64,000 bases of DNA from the IMG/VR virus record IMGVR_UViG_3300005337_000441, positions 151,769 through 215,768 of that record. The stretch is one strand, 5' to 3'. Shown piece by piece: positions 46,949-56,090 of the stretch (positions are counted from its first letter, which is position 1; each line of letters begins with the position of its first letter). The notes beneath the pieces were generated by a model. It searched no databases and was not told the DNA's origin. It worked only from the letters and a program-made list of their open reading frames with translations. The translations under genes and the position numbers were made by a program.

Positions 46949-47495
46949 GCTGCCGATCAGTTGCACTCTGGATCCCACTCTCGTGGCCTACCACGAAGTG
47001 GACCTGGCAGCCTACGCCGATCTCGACCCCGAACACACCTCACACCTGGCCAACCAGTTGGCTGTCGTGGCGGAGTTCAACGGAGGGCTGGATCCGAACG
47101 TGCACAAGACGTTCATCCATGTTCCTTCCGAACACCTCGTCACGTTTGAAGAAAAGGGCAAGGACCCCGCGTCTGATGCTCGCTACTTCAAGGTGACGGT
47201 GACACCCCTGAAGAACCCCGACCGCTGGGGTAAATGGTGGTTTCATCTTCGGCAGCGCGAGCATCGCCAAGGTGACATCATCAGCATGTGTCAGGCCTTC
47301 ACGAAAGACCCCATCTCAGAAGTACTGCTCACGCAGCTGCTGATTCAGATGGGTCGCATCGTGGAAGTCTGGGCATTGGCGCATCAACGCCAGTGCGAGC
47401 AGACCTACCTGAAGGATCCATTCAGTCCGGGGAAACCTGAACATGAATGGCTGCAACACAAGCATCTGGAAGACTCGCCGATTCGCCGGAAGTAA
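46905..47495 (+). CDS. Hypothetical protein
   Basis: AAGGAG SD before ATG 46905. Confidence 0.55.
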   Translation: MSDRTHSAVNLSPTKLPISCTLDPTLVAYHEVDLAAYADLDPEHTSHLANQLAVVAEFNGGLDPNVHKTFIHVPSEHLVTFEEKGKDPASDARYFKVTVTPLKNPDRWGKWWFHLRQREHRQGDIISMCQAFTKDPISEVLLTQLLIQMGRIVEVWALAHQRQCEQTYLKDPFSPGKPEHEWLQHKHLEDSPIRRK

Positions 47496-47560
47496 AAATA
47501 ACGGTAGGTGGGATTATCTATTGAGATCCCATCTATCCGTTCAACCCTGGAGAGTCAGAA

Positions 47561-48613
47561 ATGGCGACCGCAAAAAAGACAGCAGCCAAGAAGGTTGCTG
47601 CCAAAACAACCAAGCCGTCAGCAGCGGCCAAGACGACCGACAAAAAGAAGGTCGTGAAGGATCCTGGCGTCGAGGCTGACAAGCCTGTTGTGGCCAAGAA
47701 GGCTGCGGCGAAGAAGACACTCGACAAGGCGTCTCCTGCTGTCGCGACCGGTAAGAAGTCTGCCACGGCCAAAAAGGAACCGACCAAGAAGAAGGTCGCC
47801 GCCAAGACGCCGGCTTCCACGGGTCTGACTGGCGATGCTTCGCCGCCGGTGGCGCATGTCGTGAGCCGCAACGCCAAGGGTGAGACGGCTGTGGCTGTTT
47901 CTACTCCTATCACGACGGCACCGGTGGCTGCACCGGCTCCCACGCCTGCACCCAAGCCCGCTCGTCCGGTCGTGACGCCGCCGCGCTTTGCACCGAAGCC
48001 CCCGCCGCCGCCTCCCGCTCCTCCCGCGCCGCCCCCGAAGCCGGCGATCAGCTTCGAAGAAGCGACGACCTCGGAGATGAAGAAGGTCAACGTGAAGAAG
48101 TTCCCGCTGGTGCCGCTCTTTGGCGACAGCACGCTTTCGCAGAACAACTTCGCGCGTCCTGCTCCCATCTCGGTGAACATGCCCGACGGCACCACGCAGT
48201 CGGTCAAGAGCGGTTTCCTCGCCTTCAACAAGTCCATCGAACTGCTCGCTCTCACCAGCAGCAACGAATGGATCGAAGCCGGCCATGTCGCAGCGGATGA
48301 CCACATCGGCGACGACATGAAGCTGCTGGCCATCTGCGTGGAACTCGACGGCCAGAACGTGTTCATCCAGGTCAATCCGGACGAGCACCTCTTCAAGCCC
48401 GCCGTGGGCAACGCACGCTTCAGCGTGATCAGCACCGAGATCTCCTACTCGCCTGATCCGACGGCCAGTCCCCGCCGCGTCTTCATCATCAAGGTCGAAG
48501 GCAACGTGGATCTGGACACCGGTCGCGCTTACCTCAGCGCCACCGCCAACCGGCCTGAACTTGCCCCCATGGGCTTCTTCCTGCAAGGCTCGCGCCAAAG
48601 CTACGTGAAGTAA
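47561..48613 (+). CDS. H1-like tail, Pro linker and major-capsid-protein-domain fusion
   Basis: N-terminal MATAKKTAAKKVAAK; poly-Pro linker; aa ~173-350 align by eye with MCP aa ~223-441. Confidence 0.75.
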   Translation: MATAKKTAAKKVAAKTTKPSAAAKTTDKKKVVKDPGVEADKPVVAKKAAAKKTLDKASPAVATGKKSATAKKEPTKKKVAAKTPASTGLTGDASPPVAHVVSRNAKGETAVAVSTPITTAPVAAPAPTPAPKPARPVVTPPRFAPKPPPPPPAPPAPPPKPAISFEEATTSEMKKVNVKKFPLVPLFGDSTLSQNNFARPAPISVNMPDGTTQSVKSGFLAFNKSIELLALTSSNEWIEAGHVAADDHIGDDMKLLAICVELDGQNVFIQVNPDEHLFKPAVGNARFSVISTEISYSPDPTASPRRVFIIKVEGNVDLDTGRAYLSATANRPELAPMGFFLQGSRQSYVK

Positions 48614-48617
48614 ACCT

Positions 48618-48676
48618 CATAGACCTCCAGGTGCCCTTGCAGGCCCTGGAGGTCTATGCTGTCTGCTTTCTTTTTC
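48618..48676 (+). terminator. Terminator hairpin with TATGCTGTC box
   Basis: catagacctccagg / cctggaggtctatg. Confidence 0.7.
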
Positions 48677-48691
48677 TGAAAAATTACAGTC

Positions 48692-48700
48692 ACATATACT
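48692..48700 (+). promoter_or_regulatory. Putative early promoter core ACATATACT
   Basis: Exact motif with A/T-rich upstream segment. Confidence 0.65.
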
Positions 48701-48783
48701 CAACCTGAGAGATACCGCATTGATCTCTCAAGATGATAACCCGACGTCTGGTTGGAGTCATCTATTCTCGTCTGGAGAAACAA

Positions 48784-49095
48784 ATGTCTGCAAGTATTTT
48801 CCCCGTTGGCCATCAAACCACTTGCCAAATGGGCAACATCCACGACAAGCACGGCTTTGTCGCGGAAGCCAAGGTGACCATCCTCGGTCACAAAATCATC
48901 GACCACATGCCCGACCAGCCGCTGTACCTGATCAAGGTCAACGGCGAAGACCGCGTGGGTCGTGCCACCTTGAAGTTGGAAACCGACGACGACATCACGG
49001 CCGAGCTCTACTGCACGGCCAAAGCTTGGTATGGCTCGGCCGCCATCCCGGGCGCAGCTGAATCGTTCGAAGCTGCCGTCAAGCGCCTGTTCTGA
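48784..49095 (+). CDS. Hypothetical protein
   Basis: GGAG SD, ATG 48784. Confidence 0.55.
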   Translation: MSASIFPVGHQTTCQMGNIHDKHGFVAEAKVTILGHKIIDHMPDQPLYLIKVNGEDRVGRATLKLETDDDITAELYCTAKAWYGSAAIPGAAESFEAAVKRLF

Positions 49096-49139
49096 ATTCC
49101 TTTCCCTCCTCCCCAAATACCACCACTAGGAACACCATC

Positions 49140-49616
49140 ATGAAACTCATTCTCACCGCTACCGAAATCGCCTCCAGCGCCAAGCTCGTCACCGGCGTCA
49201 TCCTGCAGATGCCCGGCGAGACCGACTGGGAGCTGATCGACAAGCTGCGCGATCCCAAGGACTTCCTGAAGAAGGTCGTCACCTCGCCCAAGCATGGCTT
49301 CACGGTTACGCTGCCTGACTGCAGCACCCCTGCCAATGAAGAGATGATCGACGCCGAGGACGTGGCCCATCTGCGTCTGGTGATCGAAGTCACCGAAGCC
49401 GAGTACCTGGCCATCAACAAGCTGCTGTCGCGCCACACCGGCACGATCATCAGCCTGGTCAAGATGTACATGTCCTTCGTCGAGCTGATCGGTAGCCTGA
49501 TGAAGACCTTCGTCGACGACATCGGCGAGCTCACCGAGACCACGCTCAAGTTCGGCCAGGACATCGAAGTCGAGAAGGCCGACAGCGGCATCGACAACGC
49601 CGACACTCCGGCCTGA
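49140..49616 (+). CDS. Hypothetical protein
   Basis: AGGA SD, strong codon bias. Confidence 0.6.
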   Translation: MKLILTATEIASSAKLVTGVILQMPGETDWELIDKLRDPKDFLKKVVTSPKHGFTVTLPDCSTPANEEMIDAEDVAHLRLVIEVTEAEYLAINKLLSRHTGTIISLVKMYMSFVELIGSLMKTFVDDIGELTETTLKFGQDIEVEKADSGIDNADTPA

Positions 49617-49657
49617 TACGTTTCCTCCCTCAGCTCTACCTCCCTGGAGCTGCTTCA

Positions 49658-49696
49658 GAGCCGCCTGGACCGAGAAACCCAGGCGGCTCCTTTTTT
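49658..49696 (+). terminator. Intrinsic terminator
   Basis: gagccgcctgg / ccaggcggctc then T6. Confidence 0.75.
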
Positions 49697-49710
49697 ACCG
49701 AGGAAACCTC

Positions 49711-50070
49711 ATGGCCATCCATGCCGAACAAGCCAACCGCAACATGCGGTGGAAGTCTTACAAGCGCTTCACGGCTGCTGAAATTGAAGCACACATTGAC
49801 TGGTGTTTCAGTCGACCCATTCAAGGCTTCTGTCCCTATGAGAAGCCGCCGGTGGGTTACCGCGAAGAACCTCGTTCGCCGTACGAAAACCAGGTGTACT
49901 ACATCGAGCTGTCCAATCCTGGGTATGTGACCAAGCGCGTCGTGGCTCTGCTCAACGCACGCTACCGCCGCGCGGACTGGGAGAGCGTCACGCTCATGCC
50001 CATGGCCATCAACGCCCGTACCCATAACCGCGTCTTGCGTCTGTCGACCAAGTCCGGTCTCTGTCTGTAA
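49711..50070 (+). CDS. Hypothetical protein
   Basis: GAGG SD, 119 aa. Confidence 0.55.
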   Translation: MAIHAEQANRNMRWKSYKRFTAAEIEAHIDWCFSRPIQGFCPYEKPPVGYREEPRSPYENQVYYIELSNPGYVTKRVVALLNARYRRADWESVTLMPMAINARTHNRVLRLSTKSGLCL

Positions 50071-50123
50071 GTCTTCCCCAACCCCCCGTTCCCTCACCAC
50101 CGCTCTCGAAAGGAGTCTTTACC

Positions 50124-50303
50124 ATGGGCCTAGCCCAAACCCACGATCAACCCCTGGTCATCACGAGCTACCACCCCTCGCCCTTCGGTGCGCTGGGTGA
50201 TTGCAAGACCGAAGCCTGGAAACAGGCCGAACGTCAGCGTGCACAGCGGGAGATCTTGGAGCGAGCCACCCGCGAGTGGCGCAACAACCGCTTCAAGAAC
50301 TGA
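50124..50303 (+). CDS. 59-aa small protein absent from the ORF track
   Basis: AAGGAG SD; MGLAQTHDQPLVITSYHPSPFGALGDCKTEAWKQAERQRAQREILERATREWRNNRFKN. Confidence 0.55.
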   Translation: MGLAQTHDQPLVITSYHPSPFGALGDCKTEAWKQAERQRAQREILERATREWRNNRFKN

Positions 50304-50435
50304 TCAGCGAGGCCAACTCGACACGCCTCGAAAACGCTACAACTACACCCCTTTTATGGGGTGTGATCGTCGGCGTTTTTTTTTTGTGGTGACCACACAT
50401 GTTATGTTCCGACACCCTTATTCGGAGTACTCTAC

Positions 50436-51038
50436 ATGTACAAGATTTATACCCAGAAGCCCAAAACCGCAGAGATCAAGGTCAAGGTTGAACTGGGGAC
50501 GTTCAAATTCGGCAAGGTTCCCCGCGCCGTGTTCCTCGGCATCGGCAACAAACCCCAGCGTTATGCCAACTACCTGGCCACGGCTTTCACGGAAGCCGGC
50601 ATCGATGTGCTGCGCCTGCTGGCGCACGTGCATCTGCAAGGCTGTGAGCATGGCGACATGCTGCTCGTGGGGGAGCGCGACAAGCCCTACCACGCCCAAG
50701 TCGTCAAGGAGTTCCTGGAGGCCAACGCCAGCTTCCTGGACACCGTCATTCCTTACCTGTTCCCGGGCAAGAAGACGGCCGCTGAGGGTGCGGAGCCGGC
50801 TGAGTTGCCCGAGGAGCTCAAGGAGAAGTTCGAGCGCGAGAAGATGACGCCGCTGTCCAGCTCCAAAATGACGCTGGCAGACCTGCCGGAAGACGATCGC
50901 AACCAGATCCAGGCGTTGATCGCTGCGGACCAGGCTCGCCAGGCGGAAGAAGCTGCCAAGCCCATCCCGATCACGCTGAGCGAACTGCCTCTGGCTGGCG
51001 AGAGCGCGCAGCCTGAGACCAACGAAGCATCTTCTTGA
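50436..51038 (+). CDS. Hypothetical protein
   Basis: GGAG SD, 200 aa, acidic C-terminus. Confidence 0.6.
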   Translation: MYKIYTQKPKTAEIKVKVELGTFKFGKVPRAVFLGIGNKPQRYANYLATAFTEAGIDVLRLLAHVHLQGCEHGDMLLVGERDKPYHAQVVKEFLEANASFLDTVIPYLFPGKKTAAEGAEPAELPEELKEKFEREKMTPLSSSKMTLADLPEDDRNQIQALIAADQARQAEEAAKPIPITLSELPLAGESAQPETNEASS

Positions 51039-51065
51039 ACTCAACTAGGTAGGGAACAGCACAAC

Positions 51066-53714
51066 ATGTTGCGCACCATCATCAAGCGAAGCGGGGAACG
51101 TGAGCCGTATGACCCCGTCAAGCTCCAGAAGTGGGTGATCTGGGCGGCGGACCACATCCGTGCCCGTGTGGACTGGTCCAAGATCATCACCAAAACGGTG
51201 AAAGCGGTCAAGGGCGAAGAGATCAAATCGCAAGATCTGCAAAAAGAGCTGATCAAACAACTGGTGCGGGCCAAGCGCTGGCCTGAAGCCCTGATGGCTG
51301 GCCGCCTGTACTCGGCGCTCACCCACAAAGAAATCTTCGACGACAAGCTTCCCACGGTGCGCAAGCTCCAGTCGAAGCTGGAAAAGCTCGGCCTGATGAC
51401 CAAGCTGCCGTACACCGACGAGGAGTACGCAGCCATCGAGCGCATGGTCGAGCATGACCGGGACATGCACATGTCCTATGCGCAGGTGCGTCAGGTCCGC
51501 AAGAAGTACGCCATCCAGAACATGGTCAAGGGCATCGAGTACGAGACGCCCCAGTACGTCTTCATGCGCATGGCCATGAAGCTGGCGCAGAAGATCGACG
51601 TCGACAAGCGCCTGGCGCAGGTCAAGAGCTTCTACGACGACCTGTCGTTCAGCCGCATGAACGCGCCGTCGCCCAACTACCTGAACCTGGGCACGCCCCT
51701 GAACGGCCTGGCTTCGTGCTGCCTGATCGCCTCGGGTGACGACGCCATGAGCCTCACGATCGGTGACCACATCGCCAACGTGATGACGTTCAAGTCCGCC
51801 GGCATCGGCAACACGCTCATCACCCGCTCCGTGGGTGACCCGGTGCGAGGTGGTCGCATCCGCCATCTGGGCAAGATGGGTTACTACGCTGCCAACTCCA
51901 AGGCGGTGAAGGCCAACATCCAAGCCGGTCGTGGCGGAGCGCTCACCAGTTACTTCTCGATCTTCGACCCGGAGAACGAGACCATCATCAATGCGCAGAA
52001 CCCGCGCACGGTGGAAGACAAGTCCAACCGCGACATGCATTTCGCGGCACAAGACAACCGTCTCTTTGCCCTGAAGGTGATGAACAACGAAGACATCTTC
52101 CTGTTCAACGTCTTCACGGCTCCGGATCTGTTCTGGGCCATGTTCTCGGGTGACCAGGACAAGTTCGACGAGCTGTACGCCAAGTACGAAGCCGACACGT
52201 CCTTCAAGAAGACGTACGTCAGCGCTCGTGAGCTGCTGGTGAAGTTCTACGGCCAGCGCAACGAAGTCGGTACGCTGTACCGCATGCAGGTCGACGAGGT
52301 CAATCGTCACACGGGTTACCAGGAGCGTGTCCTGAGCTCCAATCTGTGCGCGGAGATCACGCAAGTGACCTACCCGTACTACGACATGCGTCACCTGTAC
52401 TCCAAGGAAGCGCACGGGTTCGTGAAGTTCACGGACACCGAAGGCGTCGAGCACAACCTCGACTACTCGCGCAAGGTGCAGATCGCACGGGCTGACAAGG
52501 CGTTCGTCTCCTTCATGGGCAACGTCCTGGCCGGTGACATCATCAACGGCTCCACCACGGTGGCTTCCGTCGAAGAAGTGCGTCAGGAGTCGGAAATCTC
52601 GACCTGCTCGCTCGGTGGCATCGTCATCACGAACATCGAGAACGACGAGCAGTACGAGCAGGCTGCGTACAACAACCTCCTGATGATCGACGAATGTATC
52701 GATCTGACGGAATACGCGTTCCCGCATCTGGAGTTCACCGCCAAGTCACGCCGCAACGCGGGCGTCGGCATCCTGGGTCTGGCCTACCACATGGCCCGCA
52801 AGGGTCTGAAGTACGACACCCCGGAAGGTCTGAAGGAAATCCACCGTGTGGCCGAACGCCACATGTACTTCCTGATCAAGGCGGCGATTCGCATCACCGA
52901 AGAGCGTGGCGTCTGCGACTGGGCTCACAAGACCAAGTGGGCCAACGGCTGGCTGCCGATCGACACGTACAAGCGCTCGGTCGATGAACTGGTTCCTCAC
53001 GAGCTGGTCTACGACTGGGAGTGGTTGCGTGCTCGCATCATCGAGCTCGGTGGTCTGCACTTCAGTTCGCTGTGCGCACACATGCCGACCGAGTCCTCCT
53101 CCAAGGCTTCGGGTGCTCCGAACAGCGTCTACCCGGTGCGTGACCTGGATCTGAAGAAGACCGACGTCGCCAACGCCCTGGACTGGGTCGCTCCGGACAA
53201 CGACATCCTGGCCGATGCTTACCAGCTCGCCTGGGAGATCTCGCCGGTGGATCAGGCCAAGTTCTACGCCGTGATCCAGAAGTTCACCGACCAAGCCATC
53301 AGCGCTGACTTCTACCGTGACCGCACGAAGAAGATCATCGTCGAAGGCAAGGAAGTGACCGCTCCTCTGACCGACGACGAGCTGATCGAAGAGTACCGTG
53401 CTTGCGTCAAGTACGGCGTGAAGACTCAGTACTACAACAACAGCTTCACCGGCGGCAAGAAGATCGACAAGATCGTGCTGAAGGACCAGCCGCAACCGGT
53501 GGCCGTGGAAGAAACGGCAGCTCCGCAGATCATCATCACTCCGAGCAAGGACAACTCGCCTGCTCACATTGTCCTCGAAGACGGCAAGATGCCGATGATC
53601 GCTGAGCAAGTCCGTACTGAAGCTGCGCACGCGGTGAGCACTGATGCCCTGGATGACCTCCATGGCGTCGAAGATGCAACGGCCGGTTGCGCGGGTGGTT
53701 TCTGTACCCTCTAA
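51066..53714 (+). CDS. nrdA: Ribonucleoside-diphosphate reductase alpha subunit, class Ia
   Basis: ATP-cone start IIKRSGEREPYD, YETPQ, SCC, SNLCAEI, TCSLG, MPTESSS, DQAISAD, KTQYY, terminal CAGGFC. Confidence 0.95.
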   Translation: MLRTIIKRSGEREPYDPVKLQKWVIWAADHIRARVDWSKIITKTVKAVKGEEIKSQDLQKELIKQLVRAKRWPEALMAGRLYSALTHKEIFDDKLPTVRKLQSKLEKLGLMTKLPYTDEEYAAIERMVEHDRDMHMSYAQVRQVRKKYAIQNMVKGIEYETPQYVFMRMAMKLAQKIDVDKRLAQVKSFYDDLSFSRMNAPSPNYLNLGTPLNGLASCCLIASGDDAMSLTIGDHIANVMTFKSAGIGNTLITRSVGDPVRGGRIRHLGKMGYYAANSKAVKANIQAGRGGALTSYFSIFDPENETIINAQNPRTVEDKSNRDMHFAAQDNRLFALKVMNNEDIFLFNVFTAPDLFWAMFSGDQDKFDELYAKYEADTSFKKTYVSARELLVKFYGQRNEVGTLYRMQVDEVNRHTGYQERVLSSNLCAEITQVTYPYYDMRHLYSKEAHGFVKFTDTEGVEHNLDYSRKVQIARADKAFVSFMGNVLAGDIINGSTTVASVEEVRQESEISTCSLGGIVITNIENDEQYEQAAYNNLLMIDECIDLTEYAFPHLEFTAKSRRNAGVGILGLAYHMARKGLKYDTPEGLKEIHRVAERHMYFLIKAAIRITEERGVCDWAHKTKWANGWLPIDTYKRSVDELVPHELVYDWEWLRARIIELGGLHFSSLCAHMPTESSSKASGAPNSVYPVRDLDLKKTDVANALDWVAPDNDILADAYQLAWEISPVDQAKFYAVIQKFTDQAISADFYRDRTKKIIVEGKEVTAPLTDDELIEEYRACVKYGVKTQYYNNSFTGGKKIDKIVLKDQPQPVAVEETAAPQIIITPSKDNSPAHIVLEDGKMPMIAEQVRTEAAHAVSTDALDDLHGVEDATAGCAGGFCTL

Positions 53715-53725
53715 CAACAAGCATC

Positions 53726-54844
53726 ATGGACAAGACCAACAACATTTTCGACTCCGACAAGGACTACAAGTCCAAGACCGGTTCGATCTTCCTGGAACGC
53801 CGCAAGGGTCTCCTGGACAGCATCAACAAGCGCCTGCCTCTGATCTGGGCGCTGTACAAACAGCTCAAGACGATGGACTGGGACGAAAACGAGTTCCCGT
53901 ACGGCGACTGCAAAGCCGAGTTCATCCTGGGCAACAAAGACGCCTCCGAGGCGATGATCGAAACGCTGGGCTGGCAGTGGGAGACGGACTCCGTCGCCGC
54001 GCACCACCTCGTGCCGTTGATGGCACCGTTTGTCTCGTCCTCGGAGTACTGGGTTGCGCTGTGTCGCATCCAGGACAACGAAAACGTCCACGCGCTGACC
54101 TACTCGGAAATTGTACGTGGCAGCTTTGACGACCCGGACGTGGTCATGAACAGCGTGCTCGAATCTCAGGAACCGCTCAAGCGGCTGGGAGGCGTCACCA
54201 AGATCATGGCCGAAGCCCTGGAAGTCGGTGCTCGCATCACCCTCGGCGAGATCGACCGTGAGTCCGATCAAGCACGCGACGTGGCCATGAAGCTGCTCGT
54301 GGCCATCTTCTGCATGGAGCGTGTGCAGTTCATGCCCAGTTTCGCTGTGACCTTCGGCGTCACCGAGACCTACGGCGCGTACATGCCCATCGCCAAAGCC
54401 GTGCAGAAAATCTGCAACGACGAGTACAACATCCACGTCGAAGTGCAACGCGAAGCGCTGCGCAACGAGCTCTCGATCGACATCGGTCGTGCGAGCTTCG
54501 AGCGCATCCGCCCTGAAATCGAAGCGATCGTCCGAGAAGTCGGCGAATGCGAACTGAACTGGACTCGGACCTACCTCTTCCGCAACGGTCGAGAGATTCC
54601 GAACTGCACGGCGGACAGCCTGTGCGACTTCGTGCGCTTTGCGCTCACGGACGTCTACAACGAACTGCCTGGCATCGAGAACCCCTTCGGTAACGTGACG
54701 GAAAATCCGCTCCCGTACATGGAAGACTGGGTCGAGATGGACAAGAACCAGGCCGCACCCCAAGAAGAGAAGACCGGCAACTACTTGCTCGGTGGTCTCG
54801 TTCGCGTGGCGGGCGAAAAGATCTACGATACCGCTGGTATCTGA
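53726..54844 (+). CDS. nrdB: Ribonucleoside-diphosphate reductase beta subunit, class Ia
   Basis: W.ENE, ETDS, ENVHALTY (radical Tyr present), ERVQF..SF, DE...H, QAAPQE...NY. Confidence 0.92.
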   Translation: MDKTNNIFDSDKDYKSKTGSIFLERRKGLLDSINKRLPLIWALYKQLKTMDWDENEFPYGDCKAEFILGNKDASEAMIETLGWQWETDSVAAHHLVPLMAPFVSSSEYWVALCRIQDNENVHALTYSEIVRGSFDDPDVVMNSVLESQEPLKRLGGVTKIMAEALEVGARITLGEIDRESDQARDVAMKLLVAIFCMERVQFMPSFAVTFGVTETYGAYMPIAKAVQKICNDEYNIHVEVQREALRNELSIDIGRASFERIRPEIEAIVREVGECELNWTRTYLFRNGREIPNCTADSLCDFVRFALTDVYNELPGIENPFGNVTENPLPYMEDWVEMDKNQAAPQEEKTGNYLLGGLVRVAGEKIYDTAGI

Positions 54845-54857
54845 CACAACACCACAT

Positions 54858-54895
54858 GTACGAGGAGGGCCAAGTGCCCTCCTCGTACTGCCGTC
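54858..54895 (+). terminator. Hairpin with TGCCGTC box and no U tract
   Basis: gtacgaggagggc / gccctcctcgtac then tgccgtc. Confidence 0.65.
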
Positions 54896-54927
54896 TTGCT
54901 GATCCGTTTCCTAAACTCAAGGTAGCC

Positions 54928-54936
54928 ACATATACT
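54928..54936 (+). promoter_or_regulatory. Putative early promoter core ACATATACT
   Basis: Exact motif upstream of the operon carrying the nvRNAP subunit. Confidence 0.65.
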
Positions 54937-54959
54937 TTCCTTGAACTGGAGACTGGATT

Positions 54960-56045
54960 ATGAGCAGTGAACCACTGATTCGTACCTTGCATCTCGAAGG
55001 GAAAGAACTCTTCGATCATTTCGTCAGCAACGACCAGCCGATCATTCGGTACAGTCGGACGTACATCAACAACAGCAGCGAAAAGATTTTCGTACTGCAC
55101 CGCAACAACCTGAGTCTGCCTTTCAAGGCGACGCTGGACCTACGCTATCCTCAGGGTGACTTCATTGTTCGCTCGACTTGGCAGTTCAACGGCTACGAAG
55201 CTGTGGCTGATGTCAAGAAGAGCATTCAAAACACCCTCGCACATCACGGCTTGGTCGAAGGGGATCTGAAGATCCTTGACGCTCGTATCCGTGAAATGTG
55301 GAACCGCAATCACACCAATCCCCGTGTCACGGTGATCATCGACCGGCAGCTGCCAGTGCGAGTCATCAAAGAAATGGGGGCGGCGTATTTGCACGACGAA
55401 GACGTCGTTTTGTGCCTGGCCGACAAAGCGCACACGCTGGCGCACCCCTACAGCTCTGGCGGGGTGATCGATCCAGAACAACGCGACTACATCTCTCGCA
55501 ACAATGTCTCGGGTTTCTTCGTGGAGCTCATCGACAATGAGCGCAACGTGAGTTCGCGCTTCATGTACGTTGGCAAGAAAGTCGTGGAAGTGCCTTCTAG
55601 TGTGGATCACAGTCGTAAGTCTGGGATCTATTTCAACTATGCACAAAACCACCCACTGTCTGGGGCTCATCTTGAGAAACAGTTCTGCACGCTTGAAGAG
55701 GCGGAAGGAACCGTTGGTCTGTACAGGACTCGCGATGAAGCGATGTCGGGCGGTAACCCTGACATCATCTCTAAGACAGACTACGAGAACGCCAAGCGCG
55801 AAGCCGCTGAGTCGGCCTTGCAGCTCGAACGTGCCCGCAATGAAAACGCGGTGCAAAAGGAAGAGCTCGAACGCTTGCGCAATCTGCGCGCCGACTACTA
55901 CGAGGAACGCAAGTACCAACGTAGTGACAATTACGAGCAGCGCAGTGCGAGCCGTAAAGACAGCAGTGAAATCCTGAAGATCTCTGCGGCTGCCATCGGC
56001 GCCGGTTTGGCTGTGTTCGGATACATGAAGAAGAACAAAAGCTAA
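54960..56045 (+). CDS. Conserved phiKZ-like protein (gp122 position) with coiled coil and C-terminal hydrophobic anchor
   Basis: GLYRTRDEAMSGGN, YEQRSASRKDSSE, terminal hydrophobic helix followed by Lys residues. Confidence 0.6.
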   Translation: MSSEPLIRTLHLEGKELFDHFVSNDQPIIRYSRTYINNSSEKIFVLHRNNLSLPFKATLDLRYPQGDFIVRSTWQFNGYEAVADVKKSIQNTLAHHGLVEGDLKILDARIREMWNRNHTNPRVTVIIDRQLPVRVIKEMGAAYLHDEDVVLCLADKAHTLAHPYSSGGVIDPEQRDYISRNNVSGFFVELIDNERNVSSRFMYVGKKVVEVPSSVDHSRKSGIYFNYAQNHPLSGAHLEKQFCTLEEAEGTVGLYRTRDEAMSGGNPDIISKTDYENAKREAAESALQLERARNENAVQKEELERLRNLRADYYEERKYQRSDNYEQRSASRKDSSEILKISAAAIGAGLAVFGYMKKNKS

Positions 56046-56090
56046 ACCCAGAGACACCTTTTCAACCCTTGCAATTAAGGACCTAGCTCG

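Noticed and set aside
50188-50847. 219-aa ORF spanning 50188-50847
   Set aside because: Ser/Arg-rich alternate-frame product overlapping the better supported 50124-50303 and 50436-51038 genes.
53726-54844. NrdB as a metal-free or Mn/Fe subclass variant
   Set aside because: Carboxylate and His ligands and the radical Tyr (ENVHALTY) are present, consistent with class Ia.
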